Source of the DNA: Candidatus Methylomirabilota bacterium
GTDB lineage: Bacteria > Methylomirabilota > Methylomirabilia > Rokubacteriales > CSP1-6
Assembly: GCA_035764725.1 (NCBI GenBank)
Contig: DASTYT010000097.1
Span: forward strand, 1,367-65,366
Reading direction: 5' to 3'
DNA length: 64,000 bases
Both the position numbers and the translations under genes were made by a program. This document shows, in pieces, positions 19,164 to 28,100 of the stretch. The notes beneath the pieces are model-generated. The model was not told the DNA's origin, did not search any database, and saw only the letters and a list, made by a program, of their open reading frames with translations. The first letter of the stretch is position 1. Each line of letters begins with the position of its first letter.

Positions 19164-20153
19164 ATGGAGCGACGAACCTTCCTGACGATGGTCCCTGGCA
19201 GTCTCCTCGCCGTGCCACTCGCCGCCGGGGCGCAGCCGGCGGCGAAGGTGTATCGGATCGGATGGCTCGCGATCAGCCCGCCGACTTCGGTGCCCACTAC
19301 GAGATCCTCAGAGGCCTTCCTCCAGGGATTGCGCGACCATGGTTTCGTCGAAGGTCAGAACGTCATCATCGAACGACGATACTCGGAGGGCCGAGAGGAC
19401 AGTCACACCGCATTCGTAGCTGAGTTCATCCAAATGAAGGTCGATCTCATAGTCGCCCCCAGTTCGGCGGCAGCCCATGCGGCCAAGCAAGCGACCAAGA
19501 TGATCCCAATCGTCATGCTCGCCGTTGCGAGCCCAGAGCGAGAGGGTCTGGTGGTCAGCCTTGGGCGACCTGGCGGCAACGTGACGGGGACGTCCACCCA
19601 GTTTGGTGGAGAGCTTTCCGGCAAGATGTTGCAGCTGCTCAAGGAGACCGTGCCCAAGCTGTCGAAGGTCGCCATCTTATGGAACCCCGACAACCTGGGT
19701 TCGGCGGTCACGTTCCGAGAAGGCGAGATCCCGGCCGCGAAGGGGTTGGGCGTCGCGCCGGTCTCCCTTGAAGTTCGCGGCCCTGGAGACGTTGACCATG
19801 CCTTGACCACGATGGCATCAGCGCGGCCTGATGCGCTCTGGGTGCATATCGTCGGGTTTCCGTTCCGCGCACGTCTCCTGGAGTTCGCCGCCACGAACCG
19901 GCTGCCCACGGTTGCGCAGTCTTCGATCTGGCCGCAGTTTGGCGGCCTCTTGAGCTACGGGCCGGACAATGCCGATCTGTTCCGGCGGGGCGCGGCACTA
20001 GCGGCAAAGATTCTCAAGGGTGCCAAGCCCGCCGATCTGCCGATTGAGCAGCCCACGAAGTTCGAGCTGGTCATCAACCTGAAGACCGCCAGGGCCCTCG
20101 GCCTCGCGATCCCGCCGTCGCTGCTGGCGCGGGCGGACCAGGTGATCGAGTGA
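19164..20153 (+). CDS. ABC transporter substrate-binding protein (ABC_sub_bind / DUF534-like), Tat signal
   Basis: ATG 3 nt after the upstream stop. RRTFLTMVPGSLLAVPLAAGA signal. It is the in-frame tail of a 1062-aa artefact ORF. Confidence 0.7.
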   Translation: MERRTFLTMVPGSLLAVPLAAGAQPAAKVYRIGWLAISPPTSVPTTRSSEAFLQGLRDHGFVEGQNVIIERRYSEGREDSHTAFVAEFIQMKVDLIVAPSSAAAHAAKQATKMIPIVMLAVASPEREGLVVSLGRPGGNVTGTSTQFGGELSGKMLQLLKETVPKLSKVAILWNPDNLGSAVTFREGEIPAAKGLGVAPVSLEVRGPGDVDHALTTMASARPDALWVHIVGFPFRARLLEFAATNRLPTVAQSSIWPQFGGLLSYGPDNADLFRRGAALAAKILKGAKPADLPIEQPTKFELVINLKTARALGLAIPPSLLARADQVIE

Positions 20154-20204
20154 CTGTGGCAGATGTGGTCGCCGGCCTGCCCAAAGTATCCTGTACTTGG
20201 GTCA

Positions 20205-20459
20205 TCACCCACGCGAGCGGAAATGTTCGGTGATGTGCCTTGCGAGGCTGGCCGCATCGTCGCCGCGCGCCTTCTCCTGCCACGACGCTCCGTCGAAATG
20301 ATCGTGTGACCAGTGGCCCCTGACGACCTTTATGCGGTCGAGGAGATGCGTCCCGCGCACGAAGATGATGGCGCTCGTCTCGCGCGTCGTGGGCACCTGC
20401 ACCCACCCCCGCGCGGCGAGCGCTCGAACGTACTCCATCAGCAGCGGTTCGGGGCTCAT
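20205..20459 (-). CDS. hypothetical small protein
   Basis: About 84 aa from an internal ATG. Divergent from the HTH gene. Weak support. Confidence 0.3.
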   Translation of the reverse strand: MSPEPLLMEYVRALAARGWVQVPTTRETSAIIFVRGTHLLDRIKVVRGHWSHDHFDGASWQEKARGDDAASLARHITEHFRSRG

Positions 20460-20751
20460 CCCCCGACGACGAGTGCAATCCAAACACCACTCTGAAATCG
20501 CCGAAGAGTTACGGGGATACCAGACTTCGTGTGGCCACGAAGGCATCACATGTGCGGAGCAGGCTACGTGTTCTGGGGGTCGGGAGGGCGCAAGATTTGC
20601 CAGGTGTAAGTCGGGGCTGGCGCGCCACGTTCTATGTGGGCGGGATGGAGCACAGCCTCACGAGCACGGTCGGCTCGGCCTTCGAGCCCACGCCGTGGAA
20701 GGCCGTCCAAGGCGTCGCCGCCCGTACACTGGACAAAATCGAGCGCGCGAG

Positions 20752-20961
20752 GTGATCTTGAGCCCTAAGACGCTCGATGCCGTGCTCAAGCGAATACGGG
20801 AAGCCAAGGGGTTGAGCCAGCTGGACTCGGCGAAGCGGGCCAAGGTCTCGCAGGGCTATCTCTCTGACCTTGAGGCTCGCCAGAAGAAGAACCCTGGCAT
20901 TGAGACCCTGCGGAAGATTGCCAAGGCGCTCGGCGTGCCGGTGTCGGAGTTGCTCGGATGA
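20752..20961 (+). CDS. XRE-family helix-turn-helix protein
   Basis: HTH_3 signature (GLSQLDSAKRAKVSQGYLSDLE...TLRKIAKALGV). GTG start. Confidence 0.6.
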   Translation: MILSPKTLDAVLKRIREAKGLSQLDSAKRAKVSQGYLSDLEARQKKNPGIETLRKIAKALGVPVSELLG

Positions 20962-21398
20962 CACGGCTGCGGAGAATTGCGGTTGCCACTGCCTCCGCGC
21001 TGCCGCTGGTTGTGCTGCTCTCCCGGGCTCTCCCACAGTGGAGAGACGACCCGGCGAAGATGCGCGAGTGCATTTCACTCGTGAATGGCCTCACGCGCGG
21101 GGACCTCACTATTGAGCCACATGAGCTCCGTCAAGAGCTTGTCGAGCGTGGGGTCACGTTGCCGTTGCCTCCTAGCCTTGCCTTCACGCCGCGAGACTCC
21201 GGGGGGGAGGCGGAGGCTCTGCTGCGTCAATACGAGTCGGCGAAGAAGGCGTACGAGGCCAAGTGGGAAGACATCAAGGACTCTCCAGAATATCAACGGG
21301 CCCGGGAAGCGATCCGTAACCGGCATCTGGACAAGGTATTAAGACTCTGCCTTCTCGGGCTCGGGATACCGAAAGAGCGATGGCCACAGTTGCGATAG
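20958..21398 (+). CDS. hypothetical protein with N-terminal signal-like segment
   Basis: ATG overlaps the HTH stop (ATGA). 146 aa. Confidence 0.45.
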   Translation: MTRLRRIAVATASALPLVVLLSRALPQWRDDPAKMRECISLVNGLTRGDLTIEPHELRQELVERGVTLPLPPSLAFTPRDSGGEAEALLRQYESAKKAYEAKWEDIKDSPEYQRAREAIRNRHLDKVLRLCLLGLGIPKERWPQLR

Positions 21399-21553
21399 CA
21401 CGCCCGCTGACCCGCGCGCCAAGCTCGCCGGCGGGCTGGCCAGCCGCGCGGCGAGTTTCGGAAGGCCTAGCGGAAGCTGGTGGGCACAATTCAGGGCACA
21501 GCCGGACCTTGCATACCGAAATGGTGTCGTGTAACCTCGCGGAGTACCGATTC

Positions 21554-21631
21554 GGGCTCGTGGTGCAGCCTGGTTAGCACACTGGACTGTCAATCCAGAG
21601 GTCGCGGGTTCAAGTCCCGTCGAGCCCGCCA
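21554..21631 (+). tRNA. tRNA-Asp (GTC)
   Basis: Cloverleaf readable by eye. Acceptor GGGCTCG/CGAGCCC. Anticodon loop CTGTCAA. T-loop TTCAAGT. Discriminator G plus encoded CCA. Confidence 0.9.
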
Positions 21632-21648
21632 TACAAAACAAAGGGTGT

Positions 21649-21676
21649 GAAGGGGGCGGCTTCGGTCGCCCCCTTC
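21649..21676 (+). terminator. hairpin with TTCG tetraloop after the tRNA, followed by a T-rich tract
   Basis: GAAGGGGGCGGC ttcg GTCGCCCCCTTC then CTTCGCTTT. Confidence 0.6.
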
Positions 21677-21726
21677 CTTCGCTTTGCCCAGGACGTCGAG
21701 CAGAGAACACTTACCCGGAGGGATCC

Positions 21727-22050
21727 ATGAGCGCAACCCGGCTTCTCTCGGTCCTGCTCTCTCTCGTGTTGCTCGCCGGCGTCCTCCCCGCGCCGGTCGC
21801 AAGCCAGACCGCCACCACCCCGCCGACGTCCACGGACGCGGACGTCGCCGCGGGATTCGCCAATGTGTTCTACGTGCCAGGCAAGGCGATCACCTGCGTG
21901 GGCGCCGCGGCGATCTGGGTTGTGATCATGGCCGCCACCTTCGGCTACAACTACGACGACGCCACGCACTTCGCGGCCGGGGGCTGCGGCGGCAAGTGGA
22001 CCGTGCACGGCCGCGACGTCCAGCCCGCGATCCAGTCCGCGAATCCCTGA
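21727..22050 (+). CDS. small secreted hypothetical protein
   Basis: RBS GGAGGG. Signal peptide. Ala/Gly-rich mature part with two Cys. Confidence 0.5.
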   Translation: MSATRLLSVLLSLVLLAGVLPAPVASQTATTPPTSTDADVAAGFANVFYVPGKAITCVGAAAIWVVIMAATFGYNYDDATHFAAGGCGGKWTVHGRDVQPAIQSANP

Positions 22051-22144
22051 TCGAGAGATCGCCGAAGAGAATTACGGCGCGGGCGCAGGGCCGAGGCCGG
22101 GCTCTGCGCCCTTCGTGTGCCGGGACGCCAGGGACAGGGCGGCG

Positions 22145-22675
22145 CTATGCGGCCCGCCGGCGGCTCTTCGACCTGGCGTCGCTCGTCGAGAGCGAGCTCG
22201 GCGCGTTCAGGTTGGCTCCCTCGTCGACCCCGACGCCCAAACGCTCCACCAGCTCGCCGCCGAGCCAACCCGTGACCAGGGCCAGTCCCACCCCTGCGAA
22301 CGAGAGTACGAGCGCTCCCGTGGCCGGGTGAAGCGGATCGGGACGACGCCAGAGCCAGCTTGCGAGGAAGAGGACCACCACCACGACGTTTCCCAGGCCG
22401 TGGTAGAGGCCGACGCTCCGGGCGCGAGTGTTCCGCGGAAGGCCCAGATAGTCGAAGGTGCCGGGTATGGCAGCGAGGAGCCCGCCGACGATTCCGGCCG
22501 CGATCATCCAGAACGCCAGCCCGTGCCACATGGTCTCGTGCGACACGAGGCCGATCACGTCGAACACGACGGCGGTGGTCAGCAAGCCGAGTGGGAACAC
22601 GACGAGCATTGGGTGAAGCATGTGTCCGGCGATCTTCATCAACGCGCTCCTGACCGCGATGGTGCTGAAATCCAT
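22145..22675 (-). CDS. DUF2231-like integral membrane protein
   Basis: Four or five TM helices. Start chosen at an internal ATG. Confidence 0.5.
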   Translation of the reverse strand: MDFSTIAVRSALMKIAGHMLHPMLVVFPLGLLTTAVVFDVIGLVSHETMWHGLAFWMIAAGIVGGLLAAIPGTFDYLGLPRNTRARSVGLYHGLGNVVVVVLFLASWLWRRPDPLHPATGALVLSFAGVGLALVTGWLGGELVERLGVGVDEGANLNAPSSLSTSDARSKSRRRAA

Positions 22676-22819
22676 CGCATTCTCAAGTGGGTCCCTCGAG
22701 TGTTCGAGCATCGAGCGTGCCACTCTCGTAAGGAACCAAATATGTGGGTTCTCGCGAATCTGCAGGGCGCGCCTGCATACCCTCGCGAGAGATTACCGAG
22801 TCCTAGCGGAGGCGGCGGG

Positions 22820-23161
22820 TCAGGACGCCAGGTGGGCGCGCACCGCCTCGTGCCGGTCGGCCAGGGCCCCGCAGACTAGCCGGCAGAGGGACTGGAGCGT
22901 CGGGTCCGCGATGCGGTAGCGGGTGAAGAGGCCGTCGCGCCGCCGGGCGACAAGCCCCTGCTCGAGGAGCAACGCGAGGTGCTTGCTGGCATTGGCCTGC
23001 GCGGTGTCCGTCTCGGCACAGAGCTCCTGCACCGTGCGCTCGCGGCCGAACAGCGCCTGGAGAAGCGCCAGGCGCGTCGGATCCGCGAGCGCGCGGAAGC
23101 GTTGAGCGACCAGCTCGAGCGCCTCGCGTGACAGCGGTGCCTGGGCGCGGGGGCGGGCCAT
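22820..23161 (-). CDS. ArsR/SmtB-family regulator, BigR/YgaV/SqrR-like
   Basis: Winged HTH (LADPTRLALLQAL...ASKHLALL). Conserved Cys pair candidates C47 and C92/C96. ATG overlaps the upstream stop (ATGA). Confidence 0.8.
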   Translation of the reverse strand: MARPRAQAPLSREALELVAQRFRALADPTRLALLQALFGRERTVQELCAETDTAQANASKHLALLLEQGLVARRRDGLFTRYRIADPTLQSLCRLVCGALADRHEAVRAHLAS

Positions 23162-24480
23162 CAGTGCTCCCGCCCGGTCGGCGCCGCGCAGGTAGAGGTA
23201 GCCGGCGCGGCGCAGCTTGACGTGGTCGCCGCGCCCGCGGCGCATGTCGAGCTCTCGCCGGCCGGGAGACCGAGCGGCCGGTTCCACGGCATCCTCATGA
23301 GCACGTGCGCGAGGCCGCAGGTGCCCGTCGCCCCGGCGAAGGTGAGGCCCGCGCCGAAGAAGGCGGAGATCCCGAGGAACCACGGGTTCACCAGGGTGCC
23401 CAGCGCGACGCCGGTCAGCACCATGCTGCCCGCGATGAGCTGAACCTGCCGGTCCACGGGCAGACGCTTGCGGCCGACCTTGAGGGGCAGCTTGGCGCCG
23501 CGCCACGCAAGCACGCCGCCTTCGAGCACGCGTGACCGGTGGCCGGCGCGGCCGAGCGCCTCGGCGGCGATGGTGGCCCGCACGCCGGTGCGGCACACGA
23601 CGACCAGCTCGGCCTGCTCGGGGAGCGCGTGCAGGTTCGCGTCGAGCGTCTCGAGCGGCATGCTGAGGGAGCCCTCGATCCGCTCCCCCTCGAACTCGAT
23701 GGGGCTTCGCACGTCGACGATCACCGGCGCCGAGCCCTGCTCGCGCAGGGCCTGCAGCTCGATGGGGGTGATCGTGGCGGCGTCGGCCTCCCCGAGATTG
23801 TGACGCAGGATGGCGGGCATGTTCGCGGGCGGCGCCGCCTTCGACGACATGCGTGTCACGAGGGTTGCGCGATCCCGCTCACGCAGCAGGGCGTTGTCGG
23901 CCTTCTCCGCGCCGATGGTCGTCTCGGGCCGCCCGATGTAGTCGTGGCCCGGGTGCACGACAGTGGCGTCGGGCAGGGCCTCGAAGGCCCGGAAGGTGTC
24001 GAAGAGATCGGAGGCGCTGCCGCCCATGAAGTCCGTGCGGCCCGCGCCACCCACGAAAAGAGCGTCACCGGTGAAGAGATGGCCCTCCGCGAGCAACGCG
24101 AGGGAATCGGGGGTGTGACCAGGCGCGTCGAGCACGGTGAGGGTGGTGCCCCCCAGCTCGATGCGCGAGCCCCCGGCGATCCGCTGCGCCGGCCCCTTGA
24201 GCTTGGACGTCGCGTGGGCCAGCACGCTGGCGCCCGTGCGCTGGGCGAGCTTGCGAACACCGGAGAGATGGTCCGCGTGGGTGTGCGTGTCGAGCACATG
24301 CGTCAGCCGGAGCCCCCGGTCGGTCAGCGCCTGCACGAGCAGGTCGACCTGGTCGAGGCGCGGGTCGAGCGCGAGGGCGCTCCGGCTCGCCTCGTCCGCG
24401 ATCAGGTAGGCGACACAGCCTTCCGGGCTTCGGAAGGCCTGGACTGTGACGGCGGCGGCAGCGACGGTGGCAGTGGGCAT
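23161..24480 (-). CDS. fusion protein: MBL-fold persulfide dioxygenase (ETHE1-like) + rhodanese + DUF2892/YgaP-like membrane domain
   Basis: HxHxDH (THTHADH) and downstream His/Asp ligands. Rhodanese active-site Cys (VVVCRTG). Two-TM DUF2892 (CGLAHVLMRMPW). RBS AGGGAGGA. Confidence 0.8.
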   Translation of the reverse strand: MPTATVAAAAVTVQAFRSPEGCVAYLIADEASRSALALDPRLDQVDLLVQALTDRGLRLTHVLDTHTHADHLSGVRKLAQRTGASVLAHATSKLKGPAQRIAGGSRIELGGTTLTVLDAPGHTPDSLALLAEGHLFTGDALFVGGAGRTDFMGGSASDLFDTFRAFEALPDATVVHPGHDYIGRPETTIGAEKADNALLRERDRATLVTRMSSKAAPPANMPAILRHNLGEADAATITPIELQALREQGSAPVIVDVRSPIEFEGERIEGSLSMPLETLDANLHALPEQAELVVVCRTGVRATIAAEALGRAGHRSRVLEGGVLAWRGAKLPLKVGRKRLPVDRQVQLIAGSMVLTGVALGTLVNPWFLGISAFFGAGLTFAGATGTCGLAHVLMRMPWNRPLGLPAGESSTCAAGAATTSSCAAPATSTCAAPTGREH

Positions 24481-24498
24481 GGCGTCCTCCCTTGGCGA

Positions 24499-24540
24499 GA
24501 GAATATAACTAGTTAGGCATATAGTCAAGAGGTGATTCTC
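24499..24540. promoter_or_regulatory. AT-rich operator-like region: GAGAAT-N30-ATTCTC enclosing a perfect TAACTAGTTA palindrome
   Basis: Lies 20-60 bp upstream of the dioxygenase-fusion start. Sharply AT-rich in GC-rich DNA. Confidence 0.45.
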
Positions 24541-24678
24541 TTTCGGGCTCGGGTGGGGCGTGGGGAACCCACCGGGGGCGCCGCTGCCTCGGCGCGGCCC
24601 CGGAGGGGCCAACATCGTCCCGGCGCTCATCCTCCATGTTTTCGACTGCTTGTCGGTAGCGGGCGATTCGCTCCGAGC

Positions 24679-24694
24679 CTGGCACTGGTCTTGC
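24679..24694 (+). promoter_or_regulatory. putative sigma-54 promoter (TGGCAC-N5-TTGCC)
   Basis: Near-perfect -24/-12 consensus about 28 bp upstream of the ATG of a small ORF. GGTGGG-N10-CCCACC dyad at 24552..24573 upstream. Confidence 0.5.
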
Positions 24695-24721
24695 CTATCT
24701 CCTCGTGATAAGAGACAGACC

Positions 24722-25018
24722 ATGCGCAGCGACGTGGTGAGGCGATCGTGGGGCGATGCAGCGATAGGCGGCGCCCTCGCGTTGCTTATCCTGGTTGGAG
24801 CGGTTTGCTGCTTGGACCACGACAGCCCGGACCCGGGTGACATGGACCACCACGTCATGTCCATGGGACTTTGCTCCGTGATCGTCATTTCACTTCCCGG
24901 GCTGGGCCTGGGAGCTCTCGTGCTGGTCGGTCTGATTTCGACTCTTCGCCTGGAAACTCTCCTCGCGGTCCCGCTCACGGTTCCGAAGCCCCCTCCTCGG
25001 CTCGTCCGCTCCTCGTAG
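24722..25018 (+). CDS. small two-TM protein with Cys/His/Met-rich loop (CCLDHDSPDPGDMDHHVMSMGLC)
   Basis: 98 codons downstream of the predicted sigma-54 promoter and upstream of the RND pump gene. Weak RBS. Coding status uncertain. Confidence 0.35.
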   Translation: MRSDVVRRSWGDAAIGGALALLILVGAVCCLDHDSPDPGDMDHHVMSMGLCSVIVISLPGLGLGALVLVGLISTLRLETLLAVPLTVPKPPPRLVRSS

Positions 25019-25111
25019 CGCCTGACGTCCGATCTCCGTTCGCCGGGTCCTAGGCAGGCCCTGCCCACGGAGGAGCGCGCGGGGCCCTCATCTTTCTCTC
25101 GAGGAGGGAGT

Positions 25112-28100
25112 ATGCCGTCGGAAGGGCACGAATCCGTTCACGGTCGGGGCAACATCAGTCGGTGGTCGATCGAGCACCCCTACACCGTCATCGCCTTCTA
25201 CCTCGGCGTGGCAGTGCTCGCCGTGCTGGTGATCGGCTTTCAGATGCCACGCCGGATGATGCCGTATGTCGAGAGCCCCATCGTGGGCGTCGTGTCGATG
25301 ATGCCGGGTCTCTCGGCCGAGGAGATGGAGATCTACTTCTCCAAGCCCATCGAGGAACGGATGGTGGACCTCAAGAATGTCCACTTCGTGCGCTCTACGT
25401 CTCAGGAAGCCTTCTCCATCGTGAGCGTCGAGTTCTGGTACGGGACGGACATGAAGAAGGCCCTCTTCGACGTCCAGTCGCTGATGAACGTAGTCCAGGC
25501 CGACCTGCCGATGACCGGCGCCAACCTCAAGCCTTCCTGGGTGCTGGCCATCGACCCGCTGAACATCCCCGTGTTGACGCTGGCCGTCAGGGGCGACGGG
25601 TATGACCCCGTCCAGCTCCGGACCCTTGTCGAGAACGAAATCGTGAATCGGCTGAAGGTCGTCAAGGACGTGTATTCGGTGGTGCCGTTCGGCGGGCAGA
25701 AGCTGCAGATGCAGGTGGTGGTCGATCGCGACCGGCTGGCCGCGTACAAGCTGACGCCGCTCGATGTTCGGAATGCCCTCGACACGCAGAACGTGTCGCG
25801 GCCGGCCGGCACGCTGACCCACGGGGATCGCGAGACCCTGGTGCGCAGCGACTTCCGCGCCCGCGGACCGGAGGAGATCGCCGCCTATCCGATCGCCAGC
25901 ATGGACGGCCGCTCGGTGTACCTGCGCGACGTCGCGGAAGTCATGGAGACGCCGCGCGAGCAGCGAAGCTTGTACCGGCTCAACGGCAAGCCGGCGGTCG
26001 AGATCTCCATCGTCCAGCAGCCGGATGCGAGCTCCGTTCGCGTGATCGAGGGTGTCAAGGCGAAGCTCGAAGAGATCCAGGGGGACTTTCCGCGCCTGTC
26101 CTTCGAGGTGGCCTACGACAATTCCACCTTCGTGGGCTTTCTCATGGAGAACATGGTCGAGGAGCTGGCGCTGGCGGTCCTCCTCACCGGGCTCGTGGTG
26201 CTCTTCTTTCTCGGCAACGTGCGTGGCACGCTCATCTCCGTCATCACCATCCCAGTGTCTCTCGGCATGGCCCTTCTCGCCATGGTTCCGCTCGGGATGA
26301 CGCTCAATAGCTCGACCCTGATCGGCCTCCTCCTGTCCATCGGCCGGCTCGTCGACGACTCGATCATCGACCTCCACTCGATCGAGCGGCATCTGCGGAT
26401 GGGCAAGTCGCCGAAGGAGGCCACGGTCGACGGCATCACCGAGGTCCGCCTGGCGGTGCTCGCGATCACCTTCATGCTCTGCGTGGCACTCCTGCCCCTG
26501 GCCTTTTCCGGCGGCATCGTCCAGTTCATGTTCGAGGGCATCGTCTGGGCCATCATCCTGGCCCTCCTGTCCTCGGCCCTGGTGTCCTTCACCCTGACCG
26601 CGCTGCTGGCCGCCAACCTGTTGCGCCCCCATCACGAGGGGGCGGCCAAGCGGCGAAGCCTGCTCGAGCGGCGGGTGCTCGACCCCTCCCAGCGATTCCT
26701 CGATCGGGTTGAAGCTCGCTACCAGGGGAGCCTCGGCTGGGCCATCCGGAACCGGTTCACCGTGTTCGCCGCGGCCGCCGCCGTCGTCCTCGTCGGCGTG
26801 GCCCTCTACCCGCGCATCGGCAGCGAAATGATGCCGCTGGCGGACGTGTCCCAGGCCTTCGTCCAGCTCGAGGCGACCCCGGGCACGTCATTTGCGCGCA
26901 CGGCAGAGATCGCCGGTCAGATCGAGCAGCTCCTGCTGAAGCAGCCGGAGATCGTCAAGGTGTCCGCCGAGATCGGCTTCGAGCCCGGCGGCACGTACTT
27001 CACCGGCTACAGCATGGGCTCGGTGAACTCCGCATTCATGATGCTCACGCTCGTCGACTCCTCGAAGCGCAAGCGGGACATCTGGCAGGTGATGGACGGG
27101 GTCCGGGACGCCGCGCTACGAACCATACCCGGCATCCGACGCCTCACCATCAAGGAGATGGGCGCCGACGTCATGGCTTCGAGCGCCGCGCCCGTCCAGG
27201 TGATCCTCTTCGGGACCGATCTCGAGAGGCTCTCGGCGCTCGGCGAGCAGGCGGGGAAGCTGGCCGAGGGCATCCCCGGCTTTCACCAGGTCACCACGTC
27301 CTGGTCGCAGAGCCTGCCCCAGTTCCACGTCGTCGTGGATCGCGCCCGCGCCCAGGAGATCGGACTCACCGTCGGCGAGGTGGCCGATCAGACCTACTAC
27401 GCGCTCAAGGGCGGCCTCACCAGCGAGTTCTACCGCCTGGACAACAAGCGCCAGTTCACCGTCCTGGTTCGCTATCGGGAGGACCAGCGACGCGACCGGG
27501 CCGACCTGGAGCAGGTGAAGGTCGTGGGGAAGAAGGGCGAAGTCGTGCCTCTCAATTCGGTGGCGCGGGTGGAGGAGCGCTTGGGCCCCACCCTCATCGA
27601 GCACGATAACTTTCGCCGGGTGGTCTCCGTTCTCGGCTACTACCGCAAGGGCGGGCCGCCGAGCATGGACCTGTCCATGGACCTGTTGATGGCAACCCAT
27701 GGAAAGCTCGAGCTCCCTCCCGGCTACGGCGTCGAGCTGCGCGGGGATATGACCCAGATGGAGGAATCCTTCCAGCGGCTGCTCCGCGGGCTCTACCTTG
27801 CCGTCATCTTCATGTTCCTGCTCCTGGTCGCGCAGTTCCGGAGCCTGATCGAGCCGTTCAACATGATGTTTTCGCTTTCCTTGATGCTCACCGGCATCCT
27901 GGGCGGACTCCTGCTGGCGCACCAGACCTTCTCCACCGTTTCCATCCTCGCGGTGGTGATCCTCACCGGGATGATGATGACCGTCGCGGTCCTCATGATC
28001 GACCTCGTCCTGCGGCTGCGCGCGGAGGGCATGCCGCGCGATGAAGCGATCCTGACGGCGGCGCCCATCCGGCTGCGGCCCATCGTGATGACCTCGCTCA

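Noticed and set aside
20160-24500. Integrated mobile element at tRNA-Asp
   Set aside because: No integrase, transposase or tRNA 3'-end direct repeat was seen. Retained only as a weak degraded-island hypothesis.
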